DNA of 32,000 nt. Source: Promethearchaeum syntrophicum (lineage in GTDB: Archaea > Asgardarchaeota > Lokiarchaeia > Sigyniarchaeales > Promethearchaeaceae). Below are positions 1 through 9,183 of the stretch, one piece after another. The DNA is taken from the NCBI RefSeq assembly GCF_008000775.2, contig NZ_CP042905.2, positions 2,310,001 through 2,342,000 on the forward strand. Direction: 5' to 3'. The notes under the pieces were generated by a model. The model ran no database searches. It saw only the letters and a program-made list of their open reading frames with translations, and was not told the origin of the DNA. Position 1 is the stretch's first letter, and each line of letters opens with the position of its first letter. Both the position numbers and the translations under genes were made by a program.

Positions 1-375
1 AATTTTTTTTGTAGTATAATCTTCTCCATTTATTTTTCTGGATACTTCAATTAAAGATTCTACAGTTTCTTTTATATCCTTATTAGTAATATCTTGGTTG
101 TTATCTATGGGGTGTAAATAACTTGGAATTTCAAGATATTTGCCGATTTCAACCAAAGTTCGCTCATTATGAAATTCTTGCTTTTTTTGCGTAATTATTC
201 CAGAATCAGTTATTCCGATTTCATTAAAATTGGCAATTAATGATGTATCTAAGAATTTATCACCAATTAGAGCTAAACCTTTAAATTCGGGACCACCCCC
301 ACACGAAGGAGGTCTTATTGCTAATTGAAATAAATCGCTATTTCTATCTAAATTGAAAAATTTTTCTGCTAACAT
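1..375 (-). CDS. RNase III-like domain protein, C-terminus truncated by window edge
   Basis: Open on the minus strand from ATG at 375 to the window edge (125 codons): MLAEKFFNLDRNSDLFQLAIRPPSCGGGPEFKGLALIGDKFLDTSLIANFNEIGITDSGIITQKKQEFHNERTLVEIGKYLEIPSYLHPIDNNQDITNKDIKETVESLIEVSRKINGEDYTTKKI. It resembles the RNase III signature (..LALIGDKFL.. and ..NKDIKETVESLIE..). Not in the ORF track. Confidence 0.55.
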   Translation of the reverse strand, partial: MLAEKFFNLDRNSDLFQLAIRPPSCGGGPEFKGLALIGDKFLDTSLIANFNEIGITDSGIITQKKQEFHNERTLVEIGKYLEIPSYLHPIDNNQDITNKDIKETVESLIEVSRKINGEDYTTKKI

Positions 376-625
376 TTGATTTATTACCACTTTTTGTATT
401 GTTTGATATATTTATGTTGTTTATCTTGCAATTTAATTCTTCTATTTTTATGATTGATTAAGATACTTAGGATCTTGATTTTCATAATCGAAATATTCAA
501 TAACACAGTGAATTCATTGAAAACTTTTCTCTCTCCGTATGATTTTTTAAAATTAAACAAAATTAATGCTTTATCCTAAAAATGAAATAAATATATAAAT
601 AAGACAATACAATTTTATTCATAAA

Positions 626-3600
626 ATGCCAAAAAAGAAAGAAAAAAATTCTAATCAATTACCAAATGAAAAATCAGAGAAATGGAAGAATTTTAAAAAA
701 AATGCCGCTAAAGGGCTTAAAACCACATTAAAATGGGCATTAATGATAGGACCTGTATTTATCCCTGCAGCAACCCCTATAAGTGCATGTGTATCTTTTA
801 TTAGTCAATTTCTGTCAAAACAACTTCATATGGAAATTGATGAAAAACAAATTTCTGACAGATTATCCAAAGATACAAATTCCATCTCATCAAAATTGAT
901 TACTTCAGAGATAATTAATCACCTAAAAACTAAAAATAAATCCATAACTAACAAAAAATCTATTGAAATTGAGGATACTCTCATAAAACTCGAAAAATCC
1001 CTTGAATATATCCAAAAAAACCAAGAACGAGATCCTGATTCTTTTAAGGAAGTTTATCAGGGATTTTTAGAAGAGTTAAAAGAGGAAAATATTGAGAATT
1101 ATTCAAAACTACAAAAAGTCATTAGTAAGCAAAATGATTTCTTCGACTCCTTTAATCAAAATATCGTTGGATTTTTAGATGATATAAAACAACCCTTATG
1201 GAATTCAAAATTTCAAAATCAGAAGAAAATTCTGGAGTATACTGATGATGACTTACAATTTTTTTGCCAAAAACAACTCGAAATAGAAGAAATCTCATCT
1301 AGATATGATGAACCATATGATAAGGAGCGTTTTGTCCCAGTACAAAAATTAGAAGACGAGTTTGAACGTTTTTCTAAGAATTTGCAAAATAAAGTCAGTA
1401 AAGAGCGTATTTTCCTAATGTTAGGACATATGGGACTAGGAAAAACATGGAATGCTTCCTATATTGGATATAAATATAATGATCAAATTCCAACCTTTAT
1501 TTTTAATTTAGGAACCGCTTTTGAAACAAAATTTGAAAATTGTTTTGGAGATTTATTTGAAAAGAATCCTTTAGAGAACTATTTCAAACGTAAAACTTCA
1601 AACCAATATGGGGAAAAATTATTACTTATTTTTGATGGTTTTGATGAAATTCTACCAAATGAACGTGAAGATATTTTCAATTCAATTATTAATTTGGTTA
1701 AAACGAATCCCAACAAATTAATTATCTTCCTAACTTCACGTCTTGTAGACTGGATTCATACCCCAGTTGTATATTCAAAAGCACGGTCTTATCGAAATTA
1801 TATTTTTCAAAATCAACAATTTGATTCTTTTGAAGATATTTCTATACCGACTGGGGCAAGTTTTATTCTTTCTGATATAAATGATTCCACTTTCCTTAAA
1901 GAAATTACCTCAAAGTATGAAATTGATTATGATTTGATTCAAAACCCTAAGATAAAAATTCTTTTACATAAACCCTTTATTGTTAAACTAATTTCTTCGC
2001 ATAATCCCGACCTAGCCTATCAAGATTTTAATCCTCAAGATGATAAATGGTTCCAAATTTTTGCAGGTCCTAAAAAATATAACACAATTCTGCATCGAAT
2101 GGGAATCCTTGAAGCTGTCGAAAATACATTTCAAGATTTAATCTGTATGATTGGAGATCCATATACTCCAATTTTGGAACAAGAATTGAGGGAGTTTATT
2201 AAACCAAATCAAATCCATTGGGATATTATATTTTCTAGTGGAATTATTAAGAAACGCCAAAAAAACCTTCAAAATGAATTTTATTTCCCTGACGAATATC
2301 AAGATTTCATCGAAAGATATATAACGGAATTAAAAGGAATATTTCATGAAAATGTCATTTGTAAAGCGGATGTTTATGCGCTCGAATCAATTGAAAAAGA
2401 ATTATCAGGCTTCAAAATACAAAATTATACATTTGTCCCCTATAAAGATTTGAATGTTGGATACAAACTAAATAATAAAGGCAGGGTTATTGAAATGTAT
2501 TTAAAAAAACTACAAAATAAATTAAGTTATTTTCCCGAGGGTTTAACTAATCTTATAGAATTAAAAAGATTAAGTTTGGCTAACAATCAAATAGTTAATA
2601 TCCCTAAATCGATCGAAAAATTAAGATTTTTAGAATTTTTAGAGCTTGATAATAATTATATTACTCAAATCCCTCAAGAAATTCAAAAATTAAAAAACTT
2701 AAATCGCATCAGTATAAAAAATAACAATATTCAATTTTTCAAAGGGTGGTGGAATAACCTAAAAAATCTAAAATATATGAATATCAGCAATAATACTAGT
2801 CATATTGAAGGTCATACAATCAAATCAGTTCCGAAAAATTGCTCAATAATTGATGATGGATTTGAAGAAAATTCAGAAATTGTTCTAAAAGATGCTGCTA
2901 TTATTGATTATCTCAATAATTTAAAAAATGAGAATTTTGAAAAGCGCAGTGCAAACTTTAAAGATTTACATTTAATTTCACTGACTCTTAGAAATGCTGA
3001 ATACGATGAATTTAAGGGACTATTTTGGTCATCTGAGAATTTAGCAAGTTTAGAAATCCAAGGCAAATCAGTAAAATTTATGCATAATTCCTCAATTAAG
3101 AAACTTATTTTCAGACAAGATAAAACTCGAGAATTAATGATTGATGAATCGATTTCTCAATTGGAAAGCTTGGAATCGCTTCAAATTTATGGTTATAATA
3201 CCTTAGAACTTCCAGAATCTTTGAAAAAATGTGAAAAATTAAAACAAATTATTATTCAATGCCCAGAACTACAAGTATTGCCACAAATTTTGCTTGAAAT
3301 TAAAAATTTCCATAATATCTTTGTTTCCACTTCAAATATTCCGCTTAATGATATAGATCTTGGAGAATATCAAGATTCAGAGAAATCCCTGATAATTATT
3401 CAATTAAATAAGCAATATAATTTTGCAGACCTACTAATTCCAGAACACATTCACAATTTTTGCTTAATTTCCAGAATTAATATGCCAAAAAAAGTGATTG
3501 TTAAGGGAAAACTTAGAAAATTCTTCTATTTATCGATTAATAAAATTACTATGGATTTTTATAAAAATCTCTCGTTTGGGCATGATAAAAATATTGGAAA

Positions 3601-3877
3601 TTTTTACTTCATCGATTTACGAAGACGCAGTAATCAAATATTCGATTTAGAATGTGATTTCAATACCTTAGAATATTTTTTAATTTCACACCTTGGTCTA
3701 AATCATCTACCTGATTGGATGTTCTCTTCCCAAAATATAATTAAAGTTAAAATACATCACGGCGATATAGGGAAGTCCTATGATCAAATCTTTCAATCTG
3801 TTGAAAAAGGAGTTTTCCACTTCTTTGTTCAAAACGGATGCAGAATTCCGGAAAATATTGGTAGTTTTGTAAAATAG
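626..3877 (+). CDS. NLR-like STAND ATPase: N-terminal hydrophobic helix/coiled region, NACHT-type ATPase, C-terminal leucine-rich repeats
   Basis: Walker A-like LMLGHMGLGKTW; Walker B KLLLIFDGFDEILP; downstream IIFLTSRL sensor-like segment; LRRs such as NLIELKRLSLANNQIVNIPKSIEKLRFLEFLELDNNYITQIPQEIQKLKNLNRISIKNNNI; N-terminal hydrophobic stretch WALMIGPVFIPAATPISACVSFISQFL. Confidence 0.88.
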   Translation: MPKKKEKNSNQLPNEKSEKWKNFKKNAAKGLKTTLKWALMIGPVFIPAATPISACVSFISQFLSKQLHMEIDEKQISDRLSKDTNSISSKLITSEIINHLKTKNKSITNKKSIEIEDTLIKLEKSLEYIQKNQERDPDSFKEVYQGFLEELKEENIENYSKLQKVISKQNDFFDSFNQNIVGFLDDIKQPLWNSKFQNQKKILEYTDDDLQFFCQKQLEIEEISSRYDEPYDKERFVPVQKLEDEFERFSKNLQNKVSKERIFLMLGHMGLGKTWNASYIGYKYNDQIPTFIFNLGTAFETKFENCFGDLFEKNPLENYFKRKTSNQYGEKLLLIFDGFDEILPNEREDIFNSIINLVKTNPNKLIIFLTSRLVDWIHTPVVYSKARSYRNYIFQNQQFDSFEDISIPTGASFILSDINDSTFLKEITSKYEIDYDLIQNPKIKILLHKPFIVKLISSHNPDLAYQDFNPQDDKWFQIFAGPKKYNTILHRMGILEAVENTFQDLICMIGDPYTPILEQELREFIKPNQIHWDIIFSSGIIKKRQKNLQNEFYFPDEYQDFIERYITELKGIFHENVICKADVYALESIEKELSGFKIQNYTFVPYKDLNVGYKLNNKGRVIEMYLKKLQNKLSYFPEGLTNLIELKRLSLANNQIVNIPKSIEKLRFLEFLELDNNYITQIPQEIQKLKNLNRISIKNNNIQFFKGWWNNLKNLKYMNISNNTSHIEGHTIKSVPKNCSIIDDGFEENSEIVLKDAAIIDYLNNLKNENFEKRSANFKDLHLISLTLRNAEYDEFKGLFWSSENLASLEIQGKSVKFMHNSSIKKLIFRQDKTRELMIDESISQLESLESLQIYGYNTLELPESLKKCEKLKQIIIQCPELQVLPQILLEIKNFHNIFVSTSNIPLNDIDLGEYQDSEKSLIIIQLNKQYNFADLLIPEHIHNFCLISRINMPKKVIVKGKLRKFFYLSINKITMDFYKNLSFGHDKNIGNFYFIDLRRRSNQIFDLECDFNTLEYFLISHLGLNHLPDWMFSSQNIIKVKIHHGDIGKSYDQIFQSVEKGVFHFFVQNGCRIPENIGSFVK

Positions 3878-4019
3878 TACCCAGACGGAAAAACCAGAGC
3901 TGTAAGGCAACGCCAAACCAGAAGGCGATAAGTAAAGAAGAACTTAAAAAACAAATAACTAAAAATGTTGAAGAAAAAGTCAAAGTCGAATACAGAGAGA
4001 AATTTAAAAAATTCTAAAT

Positions 4020-4412
4020 TTACTGCTTTGGATGCTCTTTTCTAGTTTTGATAATCAAAACACTCACAACTATCCCTGCAACTATCCAAAATTTCCATCC
4101 GAAAGAAATTGATTCGCTTTCTTCAGGATTCTCAAGTTCATCAGTGTCATAAATATTGTAAGTTTCATTGCTGTAGGTATTATTGATGTATTGTTATATC
4201 TAAAAAGGAAGGGAAAGAAAATCACCAAAAAGTCTACTCATACCATCGGTACTTTCGGTTCCACTTTTTGATGTCAGGATTTCCATCCCGATAGTTTGCC
4301 CCAGCGGGGCGTTTCTCTGCCGGATTGTATCCTGATTAAAATTTTCTAATTTCTGATAGGCACCGAATTCAGATAAATCTTCTCCTGTACCAAGGTTTCT
4401 AATACGTAACAT
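4020..4412 (-). pseudogene. Possible remnant of a membrane-anchored protein gene (ORF 4200-4412 plus an out-of-frame tail with one TM segment)
   Basis: Minus-strand frame ending at TAA 4022-4020 encodes ..NNTYSNETYNIYDTDELENPEESESISFGWKFWIVAGIVVSVLIIKTRKEHPKQ*, one TM helix with a basic tail and no good start. The adjacent ORF 4200-4412 (MLRIRNLGTGEDLSEFG...) is in a different context. Confidence 0.25.
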
Positions 4413-4465
4413 TATTTTAGATAACCTTTAAGTACCAGTTGATATACAAGTTTATTTTTACCTAA

Positions 4466-4663
4466 TTACTGAAATTTCCAAATATCGATGTTTTTTTCTG
4501 AAAATCGAACTAATACTCCACAATTGGGACATACATCATAATACATTTTAGGTGAACCATAAGTGGTACGTTCAGATATATGATCCCATTCCTTGAATGT
4601 TGATACTTCATTACACACTTTACACTTCATTTTCTGATTTTTATCAATACCCATAACTAACAT
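4466..4663 (-). CDS. Small zinc-ribbon protein (65 aa)
   Basis: CKVC...CPNC paired knuckles in MKCKVCNEVSTFKEWDHISERTTYGSPKMYYDVCPNCGVLVRF. The internal Met before KCKVC is the more likely start. Confidence 0.5.
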   Translation of the reverse strand: MLVMGIDKNQKMKCKVCNEVSTFKEWDHISERTTYGSPKMYYDVCPNCGVLVRFSEKNIDIWKFQ

Positions 4664-4764
4664 TAGATTATAAAAAAATAAAAATTAGAACAATAATAAT
4701 TATTGATAGATTTCAAAAGACAAAAGAGGGAGATTTTATTTCGAGCGGTACCAAACATTCAACT

Positions 4765-5916
4765 ATGAATATTTTTATTAGTTATGCTAGCTCAGATTTA
4801 ACTTCTTTTCGCATCTCGGATATCGCCATTCGTATGGAAAATACTGTGGAAATTGAACGTGTGTTTTACTGGGACCGTGACTCTACCGCTCAGAAATCTA
4901 TCGTCAAATACATGGAAGAATCAATAACGGTTAGCGATGTGATCTTGATTGTCTGCACTGAAGCTTCCAATGAATCTGGACCAGTGCAACAAGAGACGGA
5001 TATGGCAGTATACCTAAATAAACGAATAGTACCAATATTTCAAGATATCAATGATGTTCGCCTAAGTTTACGTCCCAAACGAGGAGTAAAATATTATACT
5101 GATGACTTCGATTCCTTTTTCAAAGAACTTTTCATGGTGGTAACAGAATTATTGCCCGAAATCCCTCAAGAAGAAGAAATTGCCGAATTTCATGGAATTC
5201 CTTTAGCAATAGATGAATATCGGGCTATGAAAAGTTTGGAAGAACAACTAGGGATTATAATTCCACCTATTGAACCCTTTTATAAAAAAAAAAATGTTAG
5301 ATTTTTCACAGATATCGATTATTATCTGAATGAAGATAACTTGAAAAGAGGATTTGGATTCGCTGCAGAAAGAAATCACTTAATCCAACTAAAATTTAAC
5401 CGAGTTCCAGATGAAGATGAGGAAAATCCTCCTATAATAAAATTTTTTCCCGATGCATTAAGTCAGTTATTATATCTCAGAGCTTTGGATCTTAGCTATC
5501 AAAGTATCTCTATAATTCCTAATTTTATCGGAAAATTAACTCAATTGGAGTATTTTAATATAAGAAACAATAAAATCCAAAGATTTCCTAAGATTTTGAC
5601 TCAATTGAAAAACCTCAAATTTTTCTTATTCTCTAATGTTTCTATTGTTGAATATTTAAAAGATGAAATTTTTATAACAAGAAGTAATTATGAAATCTTA
5701 AATTCATTACTAGAAAATCTGTGTAAGTTAGACCTATATATCAATAATATTCCGTATTATTGGTCAAAACTTAAGGCAAAAAATCATTATGCTCATTGTG
5801 TTCATTGTGGTCATAAATTAAATTTCGAATTAAATGATCTTCCCACAAATAATGATAATTTGATGATATGTCCGAAATGTCAAAATGGAGAATTCTATAA
5901 CTTCAGTATAAAGTAA
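4765..5916 (+). CDS. TIR domain - leucine-rich repeat - C-terminal zinc ribbon protein
   Basis: N-terminus MNIFISYASSDLTSFRISDIAIRMEN...VFYWDRD...ITVSDVILIVCTEASNESGPVQQETDMAVYLNKRIVPIFQD matches TIR/SEFIR architecture, with a Glu (QQE) in the expected catalytic region. LRRs follow: LLYLRALDLSYQSISIIPNFIGKLTQLEYFNIRNNKIQRFPKILTQLKNL. C-terminal CVHCGHKL...MICPKCQ. Confidence 0.85.
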   Translation: MNIFISYASSDLTSFRISDIAIRMENTVEIERVFYWDRDSTAQKSIVKYMEESITVSDVILIVCTEASNESGPVQQETDMAVYLNKRIVPIFQDINDVRLSLRPKRGVKYYTDDFDSFFKELFMVVTELLPEIPQEEEIAEFHGIPLAIDEYRAMKSLEEQLGIIIPPIEPFYKKKNVRFFTDIDYYLNEDNLKRGFGFAAERNHLIQLKFNRVPDEDEENPPIIKFFPDALSQLLYLRALDLSYQSISIIPNFIGKLTQLEYFNIRNNKIQRFPKILTQLKNLKFFLFSNVSIVEYLKDEIFITRSNYEILNSLLENLCKLDLYINNIPYYWSKLKAKNHYAHCVHCGHKLNFELNDLPTNNDNLMICPKCQNGEFYNFSIK

Positions 5917-5926
5917 ACGATTAAAT

Positions 5927-6337
5927 TTGGCTCTTTTTTTATATTTGACTCAATTGGAGTATTTATATTTAAGAAAAAACAAAATCAAGAGGTTTCCAGA
6001 AATACTATCTCAATTCAGAAATCTAAAAATATTCCTATTCTATGATAATTTGCTATCTGATAATCGCAGTCCCGGTTCCATGACACAAAGTAATTATAAT
6101 ACCTTAAAATTTTTACTCAATAACAAATGCAAGATAGATGATGGGTTTAAAACTATGGTTGCTACCGACTACAGAAAAGTCCATGCATTATATAAAACTA
6201 TCTATTGTATTTTCTGTGGACATGGTTTTAATATATACCAAGAAAATCTTCCAATTAATGCATCAAAGAAATGGATATTATGTCCGAATTGTAACAGCGA
6301 AAAACATTATGAATTCAAAAGTATAGTTGAAGATTGA
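5927..6337 (+). pseudogene. Truncated tandem copy of the LRR + zinc-ribbon half of the preceding gene
   Basis: Starts at a TTG codon. LTQLEYLYLRKNKIKRFPEILSQFRNLKIFLF...QSNYNTLKFLLNNKCKIDDG...YCIFCGHGFNI..ENLPINASKKWILCPNCNSEKHYEF aligns collinearly to 4765-5916 from LTQLEYFNIRNNKIQRFPKIL onward. DNA 'ctcaattggagtattt' is shared at both copies. It has no TIR domain. Confidence 0.7.
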
Positions 6338-6566
6338 TTATCAAGTTTTATAACTATTTTTTAGTGTAGCAAAACCTTTTTGTGTTCTTATCTCAAACAA
6401 AATAATGAGGAAATCAAAAGACAAACGAATTTGATATTAAAGGTCTAAAGCAAATATTGAAATTGTTTAAAGTTACTCTCTCAAAAGTTAAAACTGAATT
6501 GAATTTTCTCACTTTATATGGACAAACATCTTATTTTGTGAGATTGTAATTCGTTATATGAATTTT

Positions 6567-6827
6567 TCATTTGTAAACATTTCTTCGATGTCCAATCTTA
6601 ATAATATCAATAATTTTGATTTTTTTACTTATTGTGTATAAAATTCGATAATCTCCTGCTCTCCGTTTAAATACTTTATTAGGTAAATATTTTTTAACAT
6701 TTCCATCATTTTCATAAGGATTTAATTGAATTTCATCTAAAACACGAATAACAGCAGTTTGATTTATTTCATCCAAATTTGAAATGAAATTTTCCCATTT
6801 CCTTGGAATTCGAATTTTCCAAGACAT
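6567..6827 (-). CDS. RelE/ParE-superfamily toxin-like protein (86 aa)
   Basis: MSWKIRIPRKWENFISNLDE...AVIRVLDEIQLNPYENDGNVKKYL.NKVFKRRAGDYRILYTISKKIKIIDIIKIGHRRNVYK, with the family hallmarks RxGdYRIlYti..k..I.i..IgHR..VY. Confidence 0.85.
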   Translation of the reverse strand: MSWKIRIPRKWENFISNLDEINQTAVIRVLDEIQLNPYENDGNVKKYLPNKVFKRRAGDYRILYTISKKIKIIDIIKIGHRRNVYK

Positions 6828-7000
6828 ATGTGTAAGAAGGTAAGATTATATATAAAATTTACCAATGAATTACCATTAAATAATTTAAACGAAATAACTT
6901 TAAATATTTAAATTTATTAAAATAACTTGATTAAGAATACTTAAGAAAAAATAAAGGTAATTTTTGAGGTAAAAAATACCAAAAATAAAGTGAAAATGAT

Positions 7001-7450
7001 ATGCAACAACAAATAAATGAAGAGAAAATACAAAAAAAAGATTATACAATAATTTTACTAAAAAATCATCTTTCTTATGGTGAGATCCAAGAAAAATTAA
7101 AAGAAAAATATGGAACAGGAATGAGTAATCGTGATTTGGGTATGTTGCGTAAAGAAATAAAAGAAAAAACACTTCCCAAAAATCTTGAAACATATCAAAA
7201 CGCTTTTATCAATTTTTATGAGAGTGTTCTAAGTTTAAAATCTTCCATTGATGATTCAGAAATATTAGACGATATTAACGAGTACCATGATCTTTACTAT
7301 GAAACTCGCAAAGAACTAATTATTAAAAATCTCCCCAAAGATTTACGTAACTCAAAAGTTGTTAAATCTATTACAGAATCAATAGACGAATTAAAAAATG
7401 GCGATTTTGTCTATCTTGAAGATTTTAAGAAAAAAATTTCAGTAAAATAA
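7001..7450 (+). CDS. Hypothetical protein, possible DNA-binding antitoxin-like partner of the RelE-like toxin
   Basis: 149 aa. N-terminal HTH-like helices (LSYGEIQEKLKEKYGTGMSNRDLGMLRKEI). C-terminus SITESIDELKNGDFVYLEDFKKKISVK resembles RelB-type antitoxin tails. Divergent from the toxin across 173 bp. Confidence 0.45.
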   Translation: MQQQINEEKIQKKDYTIILLKNHLSYGEIQEKLKEKYGTGMSNRDLGMLRKEIKEKTLPKNLETYQNAFINFYESVLSLKSSIDDSEILDDINEYHDLYYETRKELIIKNLPKDLRNSKVVKSITESIDELKNGDFVYLEDFKKKISVK

Positions 7451-7700
7451 ATCAATATTTTTGTTTTTTTTATATATATCTTTCTACTTTTATTCTCGAT
7501 CTATCGGTGATTTTTTAAGACACTCATAAAATCATATATTATAATATAACCGAAAACGTAACGGGATTTCATGGTTCATTCTGTGCATATATGTAAATAT
7601 ATTAGAGAAATTATTTCATTTATTATGAATTCTTTTTCGATCATCAATTAAATCTATAAATCTCGAAAATAATTAAGTTCAATAATGATATATTAAAAAT

Positions 7701-9146
7701 ATGGATAGCAATATAGACAATATACTAAGAAATTTTGTAATTAAATGGAGAGAATCTAAGGAAAAATCAAAAGTTTTTGATGAAGAAATCGGATTTATGA
7801 ATTTTCCCATTCCTACACAGTTCTTTGTATTTGAATTTAAACATAAAGCTATTCCATTTTATATTATTTTAAAAACTCATTTCTCCAATAAAAAAGATTT
7901 AATTATTCAAAAGAAAGGTAATTTCTCATTGAATAATAACCAGAAGTTGAAAAATTTTCAAGAGGAACTTAACTCTATTTTTCAAATATACTTTTCTAAA
8001 AATGAAAAGGACGAGATCCTTGATTTAATTGCCAGATTTTTGAATAACCAATTTGTGGGTAAGGAGATCGAAATATTGAAAGTTGGGTTTAGATCATCAA
8101 CAACACTAATTAACAATATAAGCATTGGGATTTATTTCGGAGATTGGAATAAATTAAATATTGAAGAAGATGTGAAGAAAAATATTAAAATTCAGAAGGA
8201 AATGGAGAATACATTCGTAAATTTCATGAAATCAAGATATGATAGAATTGATTGTATAGGTGCTTATTTATACCCTCCAATATGGATTGGAATATTACCT
8301 GTACTCTCATTTACAGAAAAAATGCAAGAGATTAAATTAAATGAGATTATTGAAAAGAAGATTGTAGAAGTTGACCATAGGAAAGTAATTTATACTTCTG
8401 ATGGTTATTTTGCAGTGGAAATAAAAAACTCAGTAGATGGATTCAATATCGAAGAAAAAGTGGAAAAATCACCAGAAGAGATATCCTCGATATTAGAAAT
8501 GATGAATTTATTAAATTCCATCTTATTACTGAAAGATTTTCCTATTAATGCTATTCAACGAAGTAATATTTCTTCTTTATGTTATTATATTCCTGAAACA
8601 AATTTTCTATATTTTAGTGTCAAATCAAATTCCGATGCTTCAGAATTATTGAATGATCGGCAGAAGCATATCACAAATGTGCATATAGAGAAAAAAATTA
8701 ATATACCCTTAGAAATATTCAAAGAAAGCATAAGAGAAGTAAAGATGTTAGCAGAAAATAACGAATTAAAAGATTTTAAAGAATTGATTATCACTGGATT
8801 AAATTCTTCAACGAATTATTCACATTTTGAATATCCTCAATCATTTATTCTTGGATGGACAATAATTGAGCAGTATATTAACAATTTGTATAATAAAAAA
8901 CTTAGTTTACAAAATATTCCAAAAGGAAAAAACCCTTCAGTCTATAATAAAATCAAAACATTGAAATCAGCATTTCAAATTAATAATAAGGATTATATAT
9001 TGCTAAATAAACTTCGGATTAAAAGAAATGATTATGTTCATGATTTAACGATGATTGATAAAAAAAATGCTCAAACTTGTTTAGATTTTAGTTTAAAATT
9101 ATTAAAAATATCGTATAATGAAAAAATATCTCATGTTTCTCAATAA
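7701..9146 (+). CDS. Large protein with C-terminal HEPN domain (ApeA/HEPN-like ribonuclease candidate)
   Basis: C-terminus SFILGWTIIEQYINNLYNKK...YNKIKTLKSAF...LLNKLRIKRNDYVHDLTMIDKKNAQTCLDFSLKLLKI contains the HEPN Rx4H motif (RNDYVH) in the usual helical context. Confidence 0.65.
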   Translation: MDSNIDNILRNFVIKWRESKEKSKVFDEEIGFMNFPIPTQFFVFEFKHKAIPFYIILKTHFSNKKDLIIQKKGNFSLNNNQKLKNFQEELNSIFQIYFSKNEKDEILDLIARFLNNQFVGKEIEILKVGFRSSTTLINNISIGIYFGDWNKLNIEEDVKKNIKIQKEMENTFVNFMKSRYDRIDCIGAYLYPPIWIGILPVLSFTEKMQEIKLNEIIEKKIVEVDHRKVIYTSDGYFAVEIKNSVDGFNIEEKVEKSPEEISSILEMMNLLNSILLLKDFPINAIQRSNISSLCYYIPETNFLYFSVKSNSDASELLNDRQKHITNVHIEKKINIPLEIFKESIREVKMLAENNELKDFKELIITGLNSSTNYSHFEYPQSFILGWTIIEQYINNLYNKKLSLQNIPKGKNPSVYNKIKTLKSAFQINNKDYILLNKLRIKRNDYVHDLTMIDKKNAQTCLDFSLKLLKISYNEKISHVSQ

Positions 9147-9183
9147 GTAATTGAAAAAAGGAAAAAAGAAAAGAAAAAAGTAT

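Noticed and set aside
3707-3983. Minus-strand ORFs 3707-3916 and 3747-3983
   Set aside because: Antisense to the 3' end of the NACHT-LRR gene, hydrophobic antisense composition, no motif or RBS.
3925-4017. Short plus-strand open frame AISKEELKKQITKNVEEKVKVEYREKFKKF* after the NLR stop
   Set aside because: Could be a remnant or frameshifted tail, but no start codon and the joining sequence is unconvincing; not enough to call a gene.
6138-6326. ORF 6138-6326 (+)
   Set aside because: Alternate frame entirely inside the duplicated LRR/zinc-ribbon copy.
6900-7193. Minus-strand ORF 6900-7193, Phe/Leu-rich and apparently membrane-like
   Set aside because: Antisense to the 149-aa ORF; hydrophobicity is the expected product of reading lysine-rich AT-rich DNA backwards.
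8585-8794. ORF 8585-8794 (-)
   Set aside because: Antisense to the HEPN-containing gene, no independent support.
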